64,000 nt of DNA from Pelagibacterales bacterium MED-G40 (GTDB lineage: Bacteria; Pseudomonadota; Alphaproteobacteria; Pelagibacterales; Pelagibacteraceae). Of the stretch, positions 20,681 to 30,399 are shown piece after piece (the stretch's first letter is position 1; each line of letters opens with the position of its first letter). The stretch covers positions 403 to 64,402 of the forward strand of contig NTJN01000005.1 of assembly GCA_002457515.1 (NCBI GenBank). Reading direction: 5' to 3'. A program made the position numbers and the translations under genes. Under the pieces are notes generated by a model. That model made no database searches and was not told the DNA's origin. It saw nothing but the letters and a program-made list of their open reading frames with translations.

Positions 20681-22903
20681 ATGAATATAAATAAAGTAGT
20701 TGTTATAGGATCTGGAACTATGGGAAGCGGAATAGCCGCTCATCTATGTAATGCTAATATTCCGGTAGTATTATTAGATTTAAAAACAGAAATAGCTGAC
20801 AAGGCAAAAGAAAGAATATTAAAATCTCGTCCTCCATTATTATTTGATAAAACTAAAATTAATAGTTTAAAAACAGGTAATATTAATGAGAATTTCGATA
20901 ATGTAGATGATGCAGATTGGATAATTGAAGCTGTAGTAGAAAGAATAGATATTAAACACTCAATCTATGAAAAAATTTTTAAAAAAAGAAAAAAAGATTC
21001 AATTGTTTCTTCAAATACTTCGACAATTCCGCTTAAAATTCTTTCAGAGAAATTAGAAGAGAATGATAAAAAGGATTTTTGTATAACACATTTTTTTAAT
21101 CCCGTTAGATATATGGGTTTACTTGAGATTGTTAGAGACCAGCTAAATAACGTAGAAAAAATTAACTTATTAAAAAAATTTTGTGAAAAAAAATTAGGCA
21201 AAGGTGTTATTGTATGCGGTGACACTCCTGGTTTTTTAGGAAATAGAGTAGGAGTTTATGCAATGCAAATAGCAATGACTGAAGCAATAAAAATGAATCT
21301 TTCGATTGAAGAAGCTGATGCTGTATTTGGAAGACCAATGGGAATTCCTAAAACAGGTGTGTTTGCTCTTTATGATTTAATTGGTATCGACTTAATGCAA
21401 GATGTTTTAGCAAGCTTTAAAAAAGAATTACCTAAAGAAGACAAGTTTCAAAAAGTAGCCTCAGATATTCCGATAATTAAAAAATTAATTGAAACAGGAT
21501 ACACTGGTAGAAAAGGCAAAGGTGGCTTTTATAGAATAAAAAAAATTAATGATAAAAAAATATTAGAAGCGCTTGATTTAAATAAACAAGAATATCTTCA
21601 ATCAAAAAAAATTGATTTGAAAATCAATAAAGTAAATCTATTAGAACTAATAAATAGAAATGATAAGTATGGAGAATATGCTTGGTCTGTTATTTCGAAA
21701 ATAATTTTATACTCTTCATCACTAGTACCTCAAATAACAGATGAATATAACGATATAGATGAAGCTTTAAGATTGGGTTTTAATTGGTCAATGGGTCCTT
21801 TTGAAATGTTAGAGGCTATAGGCTTGCAAAATTTTTTTTCAAGGATTGACAGTATTGAAAATAATGAATTTCTTCTAAATCTTAAAAAGAAAAATCTAAA
21901 AAATTTTTATGATCAAAGACAAAAATATACTGATATAGAAACTTTAGGTAAAATTAAAAAAACTGTTATTAAATTAGACAAAAATGACTCAGCTGAAATA
22001 TTTAGATTTAAAGATTTTAATATAGTTGAATTTAATACCAAGGCAAATGCTTTAGATTATAATTCAATGGATGCTTTAAAAAAAGCTACAGATAAACCTT
22101 TAATCATAATCAATGAGAGTATGCAATTTTCTGCTGGAGTAAATCTAAATTATGTAATGGAATTTATTCAGAACAAAGATCTTAAATCTGTAGAAAAATT
22201 TATTAAATATTTTCAAGAAACCTGTAAACATCTAAAATATTGTAAAAATCCAGTTATTTCCGCTCCATCAGGTTTGGCTCTAGGAGGTGGTGAAGAAGTA
22301 CTATTACAAAGTAATTACGTAGTGACACATACTAATATAGTTATGGGTTTAGTAGAGACTATTGTTGGTTTGGTTCCCGCTGGAGGAGGATGTAAAGAAT
22401 TATTGTGGCGTTGGACACAAACTAATGAAGCTAAAAATGATCCTGATTATGCTCCATTACAAGTTTTTAATATAATTGGTTACGCCAGAACAGCAACATC
22501 TCCTCAAGAGGCTAAACCACTGTTATTTTTGGATAAAAAACATGATGTTATAATAAATCGTAATGAGCTATTGCCTGCTGCAAGATCTTTGCTTCAAAAA
22601 AAGGTAGAAATAACGCCCCCAAAAGAATGTAAATTTAAATTATCAGGTGAAATCGTAAGAAAAAAAATGCACAAATTACTCGAAGAATTATATAATAGTA
22701 AAAAGATTCTGGACCACGGGGTGACAGTTGGTAAAGAATTGGCATACGTATTAAGTGGTGGTGACACTAAATTGGATAAAGAAATTAATGAAGATCAAAT
22801 GTATAAATTAGAATTAAATAGTTTTATGAAACTTATTGAGACAAAAGCAACTCAAGAGAGAATATCTCATACTTTAAAAACAGGAAAACCATTAATTAAC
22901 TAA
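20681..22903 (+). CDS. 3-hydroxyacyl-CoA dehydrogenase / enoyl-CoA hydratase fusion (FadN-like)
   Basis: True start ATG 20681 (MNINKVVVIGSGTMGSG Rossmann); SSNTS, HFFNP; C-terminal crotonase domain FSAGVNL, ALGGGEE, GLVPAGGG. Confidence 0.9.
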   Translation: MNINKVVVIGSGTMGSGIAAHLCNANIPVVLLDLKTEIADKAKERILKSRPPLLFDKTKINSLKTGNINENFDNVDDADWIIEAVVERIDIKHSIYEKIFKKRKKDSIVSSNTSTIPLKILSEKLEENDKKDFCITHFFNPVRYMGLLEIVRDQLNNVEKINLLKKFCEKKLGKGVIVCGDTPGFLGNRVGVYAMQIAMTEAIKMNLSIEEADAVFGRPMGIPKTGVFALYDLIGIDLMQDVLASFKKELPKEDKFQKVASDIPIIKKLIETGYTGRKGKGGFYRIKKINDKKILEALDLNKQEYLQSKKIDLKINKVNLLELINRNDKYGEYAWSVISKIILYSSSLVPQITDEYNDIDEALRLGFNWSMGPFEMLEAIGLQNFFSRIDSIENNEFLLNLKKKNLKNFYDQRQKYTDIETLGKIKKTVIKLDKNDSAEIFRFKDFNIVEFNTKANALDYNSMDALKKATDKPLIIINESMQFSAGVNLNYVMEFIQNKDLKSVEKFIKYFQETCKHLKYCKNPVISAPSGLALGGGEEVLLQSNYVVTHTNIVMGLVETIVGLVPAGGGCKELLWRWTQTNEAKNDPDYAPLQVFNIIGYARTATSPQEAKPLLFLDKKHDVIINRNELLPAARSLLQKKVEITPPKECKFKLSGEIVRKKMHKLLEELYNSKKILDHGVTVGKELAYVLSGGDTKLDKEINEDQMYKLELNSFMKLIETKATQERISHTLKTGKPLIN

Positions 22904-24664
22904 ATGACAACTTATAATGCTCCAGTAGAAGAAATGATGTTTTTATTCGATCATTTAAAGGATAATAAAAATTACAATGAAATAGAAAAATTTAAAGAAA
23001 TTAATTCAGAATTAGTTAAAGATATTTTAATCCAAGCAGCAAAATTAAATCAAGAAGTCATACATCCTCTCGCAAAAATTGGTGATGAAAAACCATGCAT
23101 TTATGAAAATGGCATTGTTAGATCTCCACCTGGTTATAAAGAAGCATACAAAAAATTTATTAATGAAGGTTGGACATCTTTATCCTGTGATCCTAAATAT
23201 GGTGGTCAAGGAATGCCAAAAACTGTTAGTACTTTTTTTGAGGAGATGCTGTCTTCAGCAAGCTTATCTTTTAAACTTTATAGTGAGTTAAGTATTGGTG
23301 CTTATAATTGTATTTTGCAACACGCAGATGAAAAAATAAAAACTACATTTCTTCCAAAAATTGTTGAAGGAAAGTGGAGCGGCACGATGTGCTTAACAGA
23401 GTCTCAATGCGGTACTGACTTAGGTTTAATTAAAACAAAAGCCTTGAAACAAAAAGATGGATCTTTTTCTTTATCAGGACAAAAAATATTTATAACTTCG
23501 GGTGATCATGACTTAACAGAAAACATTATACATTTGGTTCTTGCTAAAATACCAGGCTCTCCAGAGGGGACCAAAGGTATAAGTTTGTTTCTTGTTCCTA
23601 AATTTAATGTAAATGACGATGGAGAAGTCGGAACAAGAAATGGAGTTAGCACTTTATCTATTGAAACTAAAATGGGAATAAAAGGTTCTCCAACTTGTGT
23701 TTTAAATTTTGATAATGCAAAAGGATTTTTAATAGGAAAAGAGAATAAAGGTTTAAGTTCAATGTTCACAATGATGAATTTAGAAAGAATTATTGTTGGT
23801 ATCCAAGGTCTTGGCATTGCCGAGACAGCTTTTCAAAATTCTGTAGCTTACGCAAAAGAAAGAAAACAAGGTAAATCTAACAATAACGCTGATAACAAAA
23901 CTGACGCAATTCTAAAACATGCCGACATAAGAAGAAGCTTAATGAACATGAAATCAATTATAGAAGGGCAAAGATCATTAGCTTTTTGGCTATCTCAACA
24001 AGTCGACGTAAGTCTTAATCACCCTAACAAGGAAATTAAAAAAGAAGCGGAAGAAATTGTTTCATTAATGACACCAGTAATTAAGTCATTCTTTTCAGAT
24101 TCGGGAATGGAGATAACTAATGAGGCAATTCAAGTTTTTGGAGGCTACGGCTATACAAAAGATCAAGGAATAGAGCAGTTATATAGAGACAATAGAATAA
24201 CTCCTATATACGAGGGAACTAATTCTGTTCAAGCAATAGATTTAGTTTTTAGAAAAGTTTTAAACAATAAAATATTAAATAAGTTTATTAAAATCATAAA
24301 CAATGAGATAGATAATAATCAAAGTAATAATGATTTAAAAAACTTTTCAAATATTTTAAAAAAAAATGTTAAAACTCTTACTGACTTTTCTAATTGGTTA
24401 GAGGAAAAAAATAAAAATAAAAAAGATGATGTTAGTTCAGCATGCAATGATTTTTTAAAAGTTCTTGGTTATATTTCACTTGGATTTGCATGGTTTAAAA
24501 TGACAAAAGTCAGTTTAAAAAAAACTAACGAAAATAAGAACTTTTATGAAGAAAAAATAAATACAGCAAAATATTATTTTGAAAAAATTTCACCTAGAAT
24601 AGAAAGCCATTATAACTCCGCAATAAGTGGTAGCGAATCCTTAATGAAGGCAAAATTCAATTAA
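22904..24664 (+). CDS. dmdC: Acyl-CoA dehydrogenase, probable MMPA-CoA dehydrogenase DmdC
   Basis: GTMCLTE, GQKIFIT, KMGIKGS, FGGYGY, IYEGTN; clustered with dmdB-like and dmdA. Confidence 0.75.
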   Translation: MTTYNAPVEEMMFLFDHLKDNKNYNEIEKFKEINSELVKDILIQAAKLNQEVIHPLAKIGDEKPCIYENGIVRSPPGYKEAYKKFINEGWTSLSCDPKYGGQGMPKTVSTFFEEMLSSASLSFKLYSELSIGAYNCILQHADEKIKTTFLPKIVEGKWSGTMCLTESQCGTDLGLIKTKALKQKDGSFSLSGQKIFITSGDHDLTENIIHLVLAKIPGSPEGTKGISLFLVPKFNVNDDGEVGTRNGVSTLSIETKMGIKGSPTCVLNFDNAKGFLIGKENKGLSSMFTMMNLERIIVGIQGLGIAETAFQNSVAYAKERKQGKSNNNADNKTDAILKHADIRRSLMNMKSIIEGQRSLAFWLSQQVDVSLNHPNKEIKKEAEEIVSLMTPVIKSFFSDSGMEITNEAIQVFGGYGYTKDQGIEQLYRDNRITPIYEGTNSVQAIDLVFRKVLNNKILNKFIKIINNEIDNNQSNNDLKNFSNILKKNVKTLTDFSNWLEEKNKNKKDDVSSACNDFLKVLGYISLGFAWFKMTKVSLKKTNENKNFYEEKINTAKYYFEKISPRIESHYNSAISGSESLMKAKFN

Positions 24665-24666
24665 TA

Positions 24667-26292
24667 ATGAGTTCATACGATATAAATCTTGATAAAAATG
24701 AAGCTAACTTTGTTCCACTATCTCCACTAACTTTCCTGGAGAGAACAAAAGACATTTATCCTAATTATGAAGCGGTAGTATATGAAAGCAGAAAATATTC
24801 TTGGTTAGAAGTTTATAATAGATGTGTGAAATTTGCCAGTGCACTTAATAAAATTGGAATAAAGACAGGTGATACTGTTTCTATAATGGCTTTTAACACA
24901 CCAGAAATCTTTGAGGCACATTATTCTATACCAATGACTGGCGCTGTAATTAACGCTATTAATACAAGGCTAGACCCAAAAACAATTAGCTATATTCTAA
25001 ATCACAGCGATGCTAAAGTTTTAATTGTTGATAGGCAGTTTTGTGATGTTATTCATAAAGCCTTAAAAACTGTAAAAAATAAAATTACAATAATCGATAT
25101 TGAAGACAAAGATGTTGATACGTCAAAATTTAAAAAGATAGGAAAGTTTGAGTATGAAAATTTTCTGAACACTGGCAGTTTAGATTACGAGTGGAAAAAA
25201 CCCAAAGACGAATGGCAAGCAATATCATTGGGGTATACTTCTGGAACAACAGGCAATCCAAAAGGTGTTGTATATCATCATAGGGGATCATATTTAATGG
25301 CAACAGGTAGTGCAACAGCCTGGAATATGCCTAATAATTTAAATTTTTTATATACGGTTCCAATGTTTCATTGCAACGGATGGTGTTATCCATGGACTTT
25401 AGCAATGTTACATGCGCGAATAATTTGTCTTAGGACAATTGATGTAAAGAAGATATTTCAATTAATTGATAAATATAATGTTACCCATTTTGGAGGCGCA
25501 CCAATAGTGTTGAACATGCTAGCCAATGCTCCAAAAAGTGATCAAATAAAGTTAAAAAGGAAAGTTAATGTCCTTACTGCTGGTGCCCCTCCACCAAGTA
25601 TAATTTTTGAGAAGATGGGATCATTAGGTTTTGAAGTAATGCACGTTTATGGTTTAACTGAAACCTATGGACATATTCTTCAATGTGCATGGAATAATGA
25701 ATGGGACTCCTTGGAAAAGGATAAACAAAACGAAATTAAAGCAAGACAAGGTGTTAGGTATCCAAATACTGAGGGAGCTGTCGTGATGGATCCGAAAACA
25801 ATGCAGCCTGTTCCAAAAGATGGAAAAACAATGGGTGAAATTATGATAAAAGGGAATGTAGTTATGAAAGGATATTATAAAGACAAAGAAGCAACGGAAA
25901 AATCAATGTCAGGTGGTTGGTTTCATTCAGGAGATTTAGCAGTTACTCACCCTAATGGTTATATAAAGATTCAAGATAGATCCAAGGATATAATAATTTC
26001 AGGTGGAGAAAATATTTCATCCATTGAAATAGAAAATACCATTTCAAAACATTCAGCTGTCTCGATAGCAGCTGTTGTAGCTAAACCAGATGAAAAGTGG
26101 GGCGAAACTCCATGCGCATTTATTGAGTTAATTAAAGATAAAAAAGTAACAGAGAAAGAAATTATAGACTTTTGTAGAGAAACTTTAGCTGGATTTAAGT
26201 TACCTAAAAAAGTTATTTTTTGTGATTTGCCTAAAACCTCTACTGGGAAGATTCAAAAGTTTGAGTTAAGAAAAAAAGCTAAAGAATTATAA
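24667..26292 (+). CDS. dmdB: Acyl-CoA synthetase, probable MMPA-CoA ligase DmdB
   Basis: NFVPLSPLTFL, YTSGTTGNPKG, PMFHCNGWC, YGLTET, GDL, PKTSTGK; context with dmdA. Confidence 0.8.
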   Translation: MSSYDINLDKNEANFVPLSPLTFLERTKDIYPNYEAVVYESRKYSWLEVYNRCVKFASALNKIGIKTGDTVSIMAFNTPEIFEAHYSIPMTGAVINAINTRLDPKTISYILNHSDAKVLIVDRQFCDVIHKALKTVKNKITIIDIEDKDVDTSKFKKIGKFEYENFLNTGSLDYEWKKPKDEWQAISLGYTSGTTGNPKGVVYHHRGSYLMATGSATAWNMPNNLNFLYTVPMFHCNGWCYPWTLAMLHARIICLRTIDVKKIFQLIDKYNVTHFGGAPIVLNMLANAPKSDQIKLKRKVNVLTAGAPPPSIIFEKMGSLGFEVMHVYGLTETYGHILQCAWNNEWDSLEKDKQNEIKARQGVRYPNTEGAVVMDPKTMQPVPKDGKTMGEIMIKGNVVMKGYYKDKEATEKSMSGGWFHSGDLAVTHPNGYIKIQDRSKDIIISGGENISSIEIENTISKHSAVSIAAVVAKPDEKWGETPCAFIELIKDKKVTEKEIIDFCRETLAGFKLPKKVIFCDLPKTSTGKIQKFELRKKAKEL

Positions 26293-26303
26293 TAATTTCA
26301 ACT

Positions 26304-26753
26304 ATGACAGAAATATCAATCAGCCTTGTTTGGAAACTTGAAAATGGCGAAATGCTACCTGGCAAGTACTCTAATCAACATAAGATAATTTTTACTCCAA
26401 ATATAAGCATTCTTGCTGACTCAGCACCAGATTGGAGAGGTAATAAGTTAAACAGTAACCCTGAGCAGACGTTAGCAGCCTCTTTAAGCAGCTGTCATAT
26501 GATGACTTTTTTAGCATTGGCTGCCAAAATGAAGTGGCCAGTAACAAGTTATAAGGACAAGGCTTTAGCTACGCTTGGAAAAAATTCCAAAGGAAAAATG
26601 TCAGTTACTAAAATTGTTTTAAATCCTAAAGTAGAATTTTCTAATGGATTTTCTATAAATATTGAGGAAATAAAAAAAGTACAAGATAGAGCTCATAGAT
26701 ACTGTTTTATTGCAAATTCACTTTCTGAAGAAGTTAAGGTAGATGTAAAATAA
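26304..26753 (+). CDS. OsmC/Ohr family protein
   Basis: NPEQ.LAASLSSCHMMTF and AHRYCFIANS two-Cys signature. Confidence 0.88.
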   Translation: MTEISISLVWKLENGEMLPGKYSNQHKIIFTPNISILADSAPDWRGNKLNSNPEQTLAASLSSCHMMTFLALAAKMKWPVTSYKDKALATLGKNSKGKMSVTKIVLNPKVEFSNGFSINIEEIKKVQDRAHRYCFIANSLSEEVKVDVK

Positions 26754-26759
26754 ATTTTT

Positions 26760-27569
26760 ATGAAACCAAGTAAAAACAGCAATATTTTAAAAACTTCAAT
26801 TAACAATAATGGGATTTTTAAAATAGTTTTAGATAATTCCAAAAATCATAACGTTTTATCGGAGGAGATGATGCAAAATTTACAGTTTGCTTTGGACGAG
26901 GCTGCGTCTAATAACAAAATTAGAGTAATTATTATATCAGCAAACGGCTCTACTTTTTCTGCGGGACACGATCTAAAGGAACTAAAAAAAAATCGTCAAA
27001 ACACAGATAAAGGAAAGAATTATTATAAAGAAATAATGTTAAAATGTTCTAAATTAATGATGTCTATAGTTAATAATCCAAAACCGGTTATCGCTGAGGT
27101 CTCAGGTGTTGCTACGGCAGCCGGATGTCAATTAGTAGCTAGTTGCGATTTGTCTTATGCAAGTAAATCTGCAAAATTTGCTACTCCAGGAGTTAATATT
27201 GGTCTTTTTTGCTCAACACCAATGGTTGCTTTATCAAGAGTTGTTTCTACCAAACATTCCATGGAAATGCTTTTGATTGGAGATTTAATTTCATCCAATA
27301 AGGCAGCTGAGATTGGATTAATTAATGAAGTTGTAGAAGATAAAATTCTTCAAAGCTTTGTATTAGAGAAAGCGTCAAAAATATCAAAAAAATCATCTAT
27401 GACTTTGAAAATAGGTAAGACAGCTTTTTATAAACAAATTGATATGACTCTATCCGAAGCCTATGATTTTGCTTCCGATGTAATGGTTCAAAATATGTTA
27501 AAGCTAGATGCAGAAGAGGGCATAGATGCCTTTATAGAAAAGCGGTCACCATCTTGGAAAGATAAGTGA
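26760..27569 (+). CDS. Crotonase-superfamily protein (ECHDC3-like, lacking canonical catalytic glutamates)
   Basis: FSAGHDL, ATAAGCQL, FATPGVNIGLFCSTP, EGIDAFIEKR. Confidence 0.88.
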   Translation: MKPSKNSNILKTSINNNGIFKIVLDNSKNHNVLSEEMMQNLQFALDEAASNNKIRVIIISANGSTFSAGHDLKELKKNRQNTDKGKNYYKEIMLKCSKLMMSIVNNPKPVIAEVSGVATAAGCQLVASCDLSYASKSAKFATPGVNIGLFCSTPMVALSRVVSTKHSMEMLLIGDLISSNKAAEIGLINEVVEDKILQSFVLEKASKISKKSSMTLKIGKTAFYKQIDMTLSEAYDFASDVMVQNMLKLDAEEGIDAFIEKRSPSWKDK

Positions 27570-27602
27570 TAATCTATTTAATTTTAAAACTTAGGTAACA
27601 AC

Positions 27603-28379
27603 TTGATATATAAAATTCAAAATAATAAAATATTTGCTTCAAATGGTGGTAGAGAGCTCTCACGTGATAAACACACTCTTGTTTTAATTCATGGCAGTGG
27701 ACTTTCTCATATTGTTTGGTCTTTAACAGAACAATATTTATCTAATCAAGGATACAATGTTTTATCTTTAGATTTACCAGGTCATGGCAATTCTGATGGA
27801 GAATGCTTAGAGTCTATAGAGGACATTGCTGATTGGTTAGAAAAGTTTTTTACCGAAATAAATATAAACGACCTTACATTAATTGGACATTCACAGGGCT
27901 GTTTAGTTTCTCTAGAATATTCCTATAAATACCCCAAAAGAGTAAATAATTTAGTTTTTGTTGCAGCCTCATATAAAATGCCAGTTAATCAAGATTTAAT
28001 AGACTTGGCGTCTTCGGGGAGTATGGATGCAATAAAATTAATGATGAAGTGGGGATACGGCGATCCTAAAAGATTCATTGGGGGTAATCCAGTTCAAAAA
28101 ATAATTAACTCTCCTAGAGAGGTAAGTCAAATTTTAGCAGTAGATCTAAAAGCTTGTAATAACTATAAAAATGGTATTACTGCTGCTAAAAAAATAAAAT
28201 GTCCGACTTTATTTATTTTAGGAGATTTAGACAAAATGACGACTGTACAAAAAGGTAAAGAATTTGCAGATTTAATACCTAATTCAAAAGTTCATTTAAT
28301 CAAACAGTGTGGACACATGATTATGTATGAAAATGCCTTCGAAATGAGAGAAAAAATAGCTAATTTTTTAAAAAAATGA
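27603..28379 (+). CDS. Alpha/beta-fold hydrolase
   Basis: HGSG, DLPGHG, GHSQG nucleophile elbow, GDLD acid, CGH catalytic His; TTG start. Confidence 0.9.
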   Translation: MIYKIQNNKIFASNGGRELSRDKHTLVLIHGSGLSHIVWSLTEQYLSNQGYNVLSLDLPGHGNSDGECLESIEDIADWLEKFFTEININDLTLIGHSQGCLVSLEYSYKYPKRVNNLVFVAASYKMPVNQDLIDLASSGSMDAIKLMMKWGYGDPKRFIGGNPVQKIINSPREVSQILAVDLKACNNYKNGITAAKKIKCPTLFILGDLDKMTTVQKGKEFADLIPNSKVHLIKQCGHMIMYENAFEMREKIANFLKK

Positions 28380-29482
28380 AAAATTTTTTTATAAGCAAGT
28401 CTAGAAGAGTCAGGTCAACGCCTTTTACTTCAAGAATAGAAGAGCAGGGAGTTAAAAGTTATACTGTTTATAATCACATGTTACTACCAATAACATTTTC
28501 ATCTGTAGAGGAAGAATATTTACATTTAAAAAAAGATGTTCAGGTATGGGATGTTTCGGTTCAAAGAGAAATTGAAATATCAGGCAAAGATTCTCATAGA
28601 CTTGTTCAATTAATGACTTGTAGAGATTTGTCAAATTCTAAAATTGGTAGCTGTTATTATGCGCCGTTAGTTGATGTTAATGGAGGAATTATAAATGATC
28701 CATTAATCTACAAGTTAAGTGATGATAAATGGAGAGTTTGTATTGCTGACTCCGACGTATTACTGTTTGCCAAAGGTATAGCTGGCTCTAAAGGCTTAAA
28801 TGTTGATATTTTTGAAGCAGATATCAATACTTTAGCTATTCAAGGACCTAAATCATTTAAATTGATGGAAGAAGTTTTTGGTAAAGAAATTACTAAGCTA
28901 AAGTTTTTTAAATTTGATTTTTTCAATTTCAAGAATAATAAATATTTAATATCTCGATCTGGATTTTCAAAACAGGGGGGATACGAAGTTCATATTGATA
29001 ATATAGATGCAGGATTGCTTTTATACGATCATCTTTTTAATATTGGTAATAAATATAATTTAAAACCTGGTGCTCCAAATCATGCGGAAAGAATAGAAGG
29101 GGGGTTATTATCATATGGAAGTGATATGCTTATAAATGACAATCCTTTTGAATGTGGTTTTGAAAACTCTGTTCATTTAGATACAAATATAGAATTTTTA
29201 GGGAAAGAAAGTCTAAAAAAAATAAAAACTAAAGGTATTAATAAAAAGCTTATGGGCGTAAAAATTGATACTAAAGAATTGGGTTTAACCGATGTCCAAT
29301 TATTAGACACGAACAATAATATAATTGGTGAACTAAGATCAGCTGCATTCTCTCCTTCATTTAAAAAAATTGTTGGTATTGCAATGGTAAATAAAGATTT
29401 TTGCAAAAACTATCAGAAATTTAATATGAAAATTAAAGATAATTTGATAACTGGCTCTATTTACAATTTTCCTATTCTATAA
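28376..29482 (+). CDS. dmdA: DMSP demethylase DmdA-like (GcvT family)
   Basis: N-terminal SRRVRSTPF..YTVYNHMLLP, NDP, IADSD, QGPKS, SKQGGYE, RIEGGLLSYG; length and motifs match recalled Pelagibacter DmdA. Confidence 0.82.
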   Translation: MKNFFISKSRRVRSTPFTSRIEEQGVKSYTVYNHMLLPITFSSVEEEYLHLKKDVQVWDVSVQREIEISGKDSHRLVQLMTCRDLSNSKIGSCYYAPLVDVNGGIINDPLIYKLSDDKWRVCIADSDVLLFAKGIAGSKGLNVDIFEADINTLAIQGPKSFKLMEEVFGKEITKLKFFKFDFFNFKNNKYLISRSGFSKQGGYEVHIDNIDAGLLLYDHLFNIGNKYNLKPGAPNHAERIEGGLLSYGSDMLINDNPFECGFENSVHLDTNIEFLGKESLKKIKTKGINKKLMGVKIDTKELGLTDVQLLDTNNNIIGELRSAAFSPSFKKIVGIAMVNKDFCKNYQKFNMKIKDNLITGSIYNFPIL

Positions 29483-30394
29483 CTTAATTTTATTAAGTGC
29501 GTTATTTTTAAATAAATTTGCTTCTTTTATGTATCTTCTTACCATTTGAGTTGTTTTGTGCCCAGTCATTGACATGATGCTTCTTTCTTCTGCGCCTGAC
29601 TCCGCCGTAGAAGTTGCAAATCCTGACCTTAGACTATGACCAGCATATTTATTTTGATCCAATCCAGCTAAACCAGCAAATTTTTTAATTATTAAAACTA
29701 CATTTTTATCAGAAATATTGAAAATTTTACCATTTTGTATATTTCCTTGGCTAATCCAATTTTTTAAATTTGTAACTGGACAAAAATCTTCATTATCAAA
29801 GTAGGGAATTGCTTTAATCATACCTTCTCCTGATTGGTCAGTTTTTGACCTTTTTACATAAATTTTTACCCCTTCACTAACGAACTCTATATCCTCATGC
29901 TCAATAGCTACTAATTCCGAACGTCTAAATCCCCCCGAAAAACCAGTTAAGATTAGAGCTTTATTTCTCAATTTTTTCAAATATTTTAATTCTGATTGAT
30001 CTATTGCTTTAATTATCAATTTTAAATCACTGATTAATATTGGTTTTTTTGATTTTTGACTGCTTCCTTTTCGTCTTTTAATACCTAATAAGTTCTCAAT
30101 TATTAAAGGGTGTTTAGTGTCAATGTAATGACCTTTTAGCCTATGTATAACGCTTATAGACGCTAATCTTCGTTTAAGAGTGCTATATTTAGAATTAACC
30201 GAAAGATGCGTTAAGTATAATGCTAGAATTCTAGGTTCAGTAGGCAGTGAGCTAAATCCATTAGATTTACAGAAAGCAGCAAAATCTTTAAAGTCAGATT
30301 CGTAGGCTCTCAAGGTATTATCAGCCTTGGAATTCTTTAAATTCTTTAAAGTTTCCAGTTCTAGGCTTTTTAAATCAGTAACTAAACTTTTCAT
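29477..30394 (-). CDS. Tyrosine site-specific recombinase, Cre-like (SAM-like N-domain + catalytic domain)
   Basis: Catalytic set intact: FRRSEL (R), RSKTDQ (K), HSLRSG (HxxR), TGHK (H), RRYI (Y); N-terminal NTLRAY...STLKRRL. Confidence 0.93.
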   Translation of the reverse strand: MKSLVTDLKSLELETLKNLKNSKADNTLRAYESDFKDFAAFCKSNGFSSLPTEPRILALYLTHLSVNSKYSTLKRRLASISVIHRLKGHYIDTKHPLIIENLLGIKRRKGSSQKSKKPILISDLKLIIKAIDQSELKYLKKLRNKALILTGFSGGFRRSELVAIEHEDIEFVSEGVKIYVKRSKTDQSGEGMIKAIPYFDNEDFCPVTNLKNWISQGNIQNGKIFNISDKNVVLIIKKFAGLAGLDQNKYAGHSLRSGFATSTAESGAEERSIMSMTGHKTTQMVRRYIKEANLFKNNALNKIKL

Positions 30395-30399
30395 TGTTT

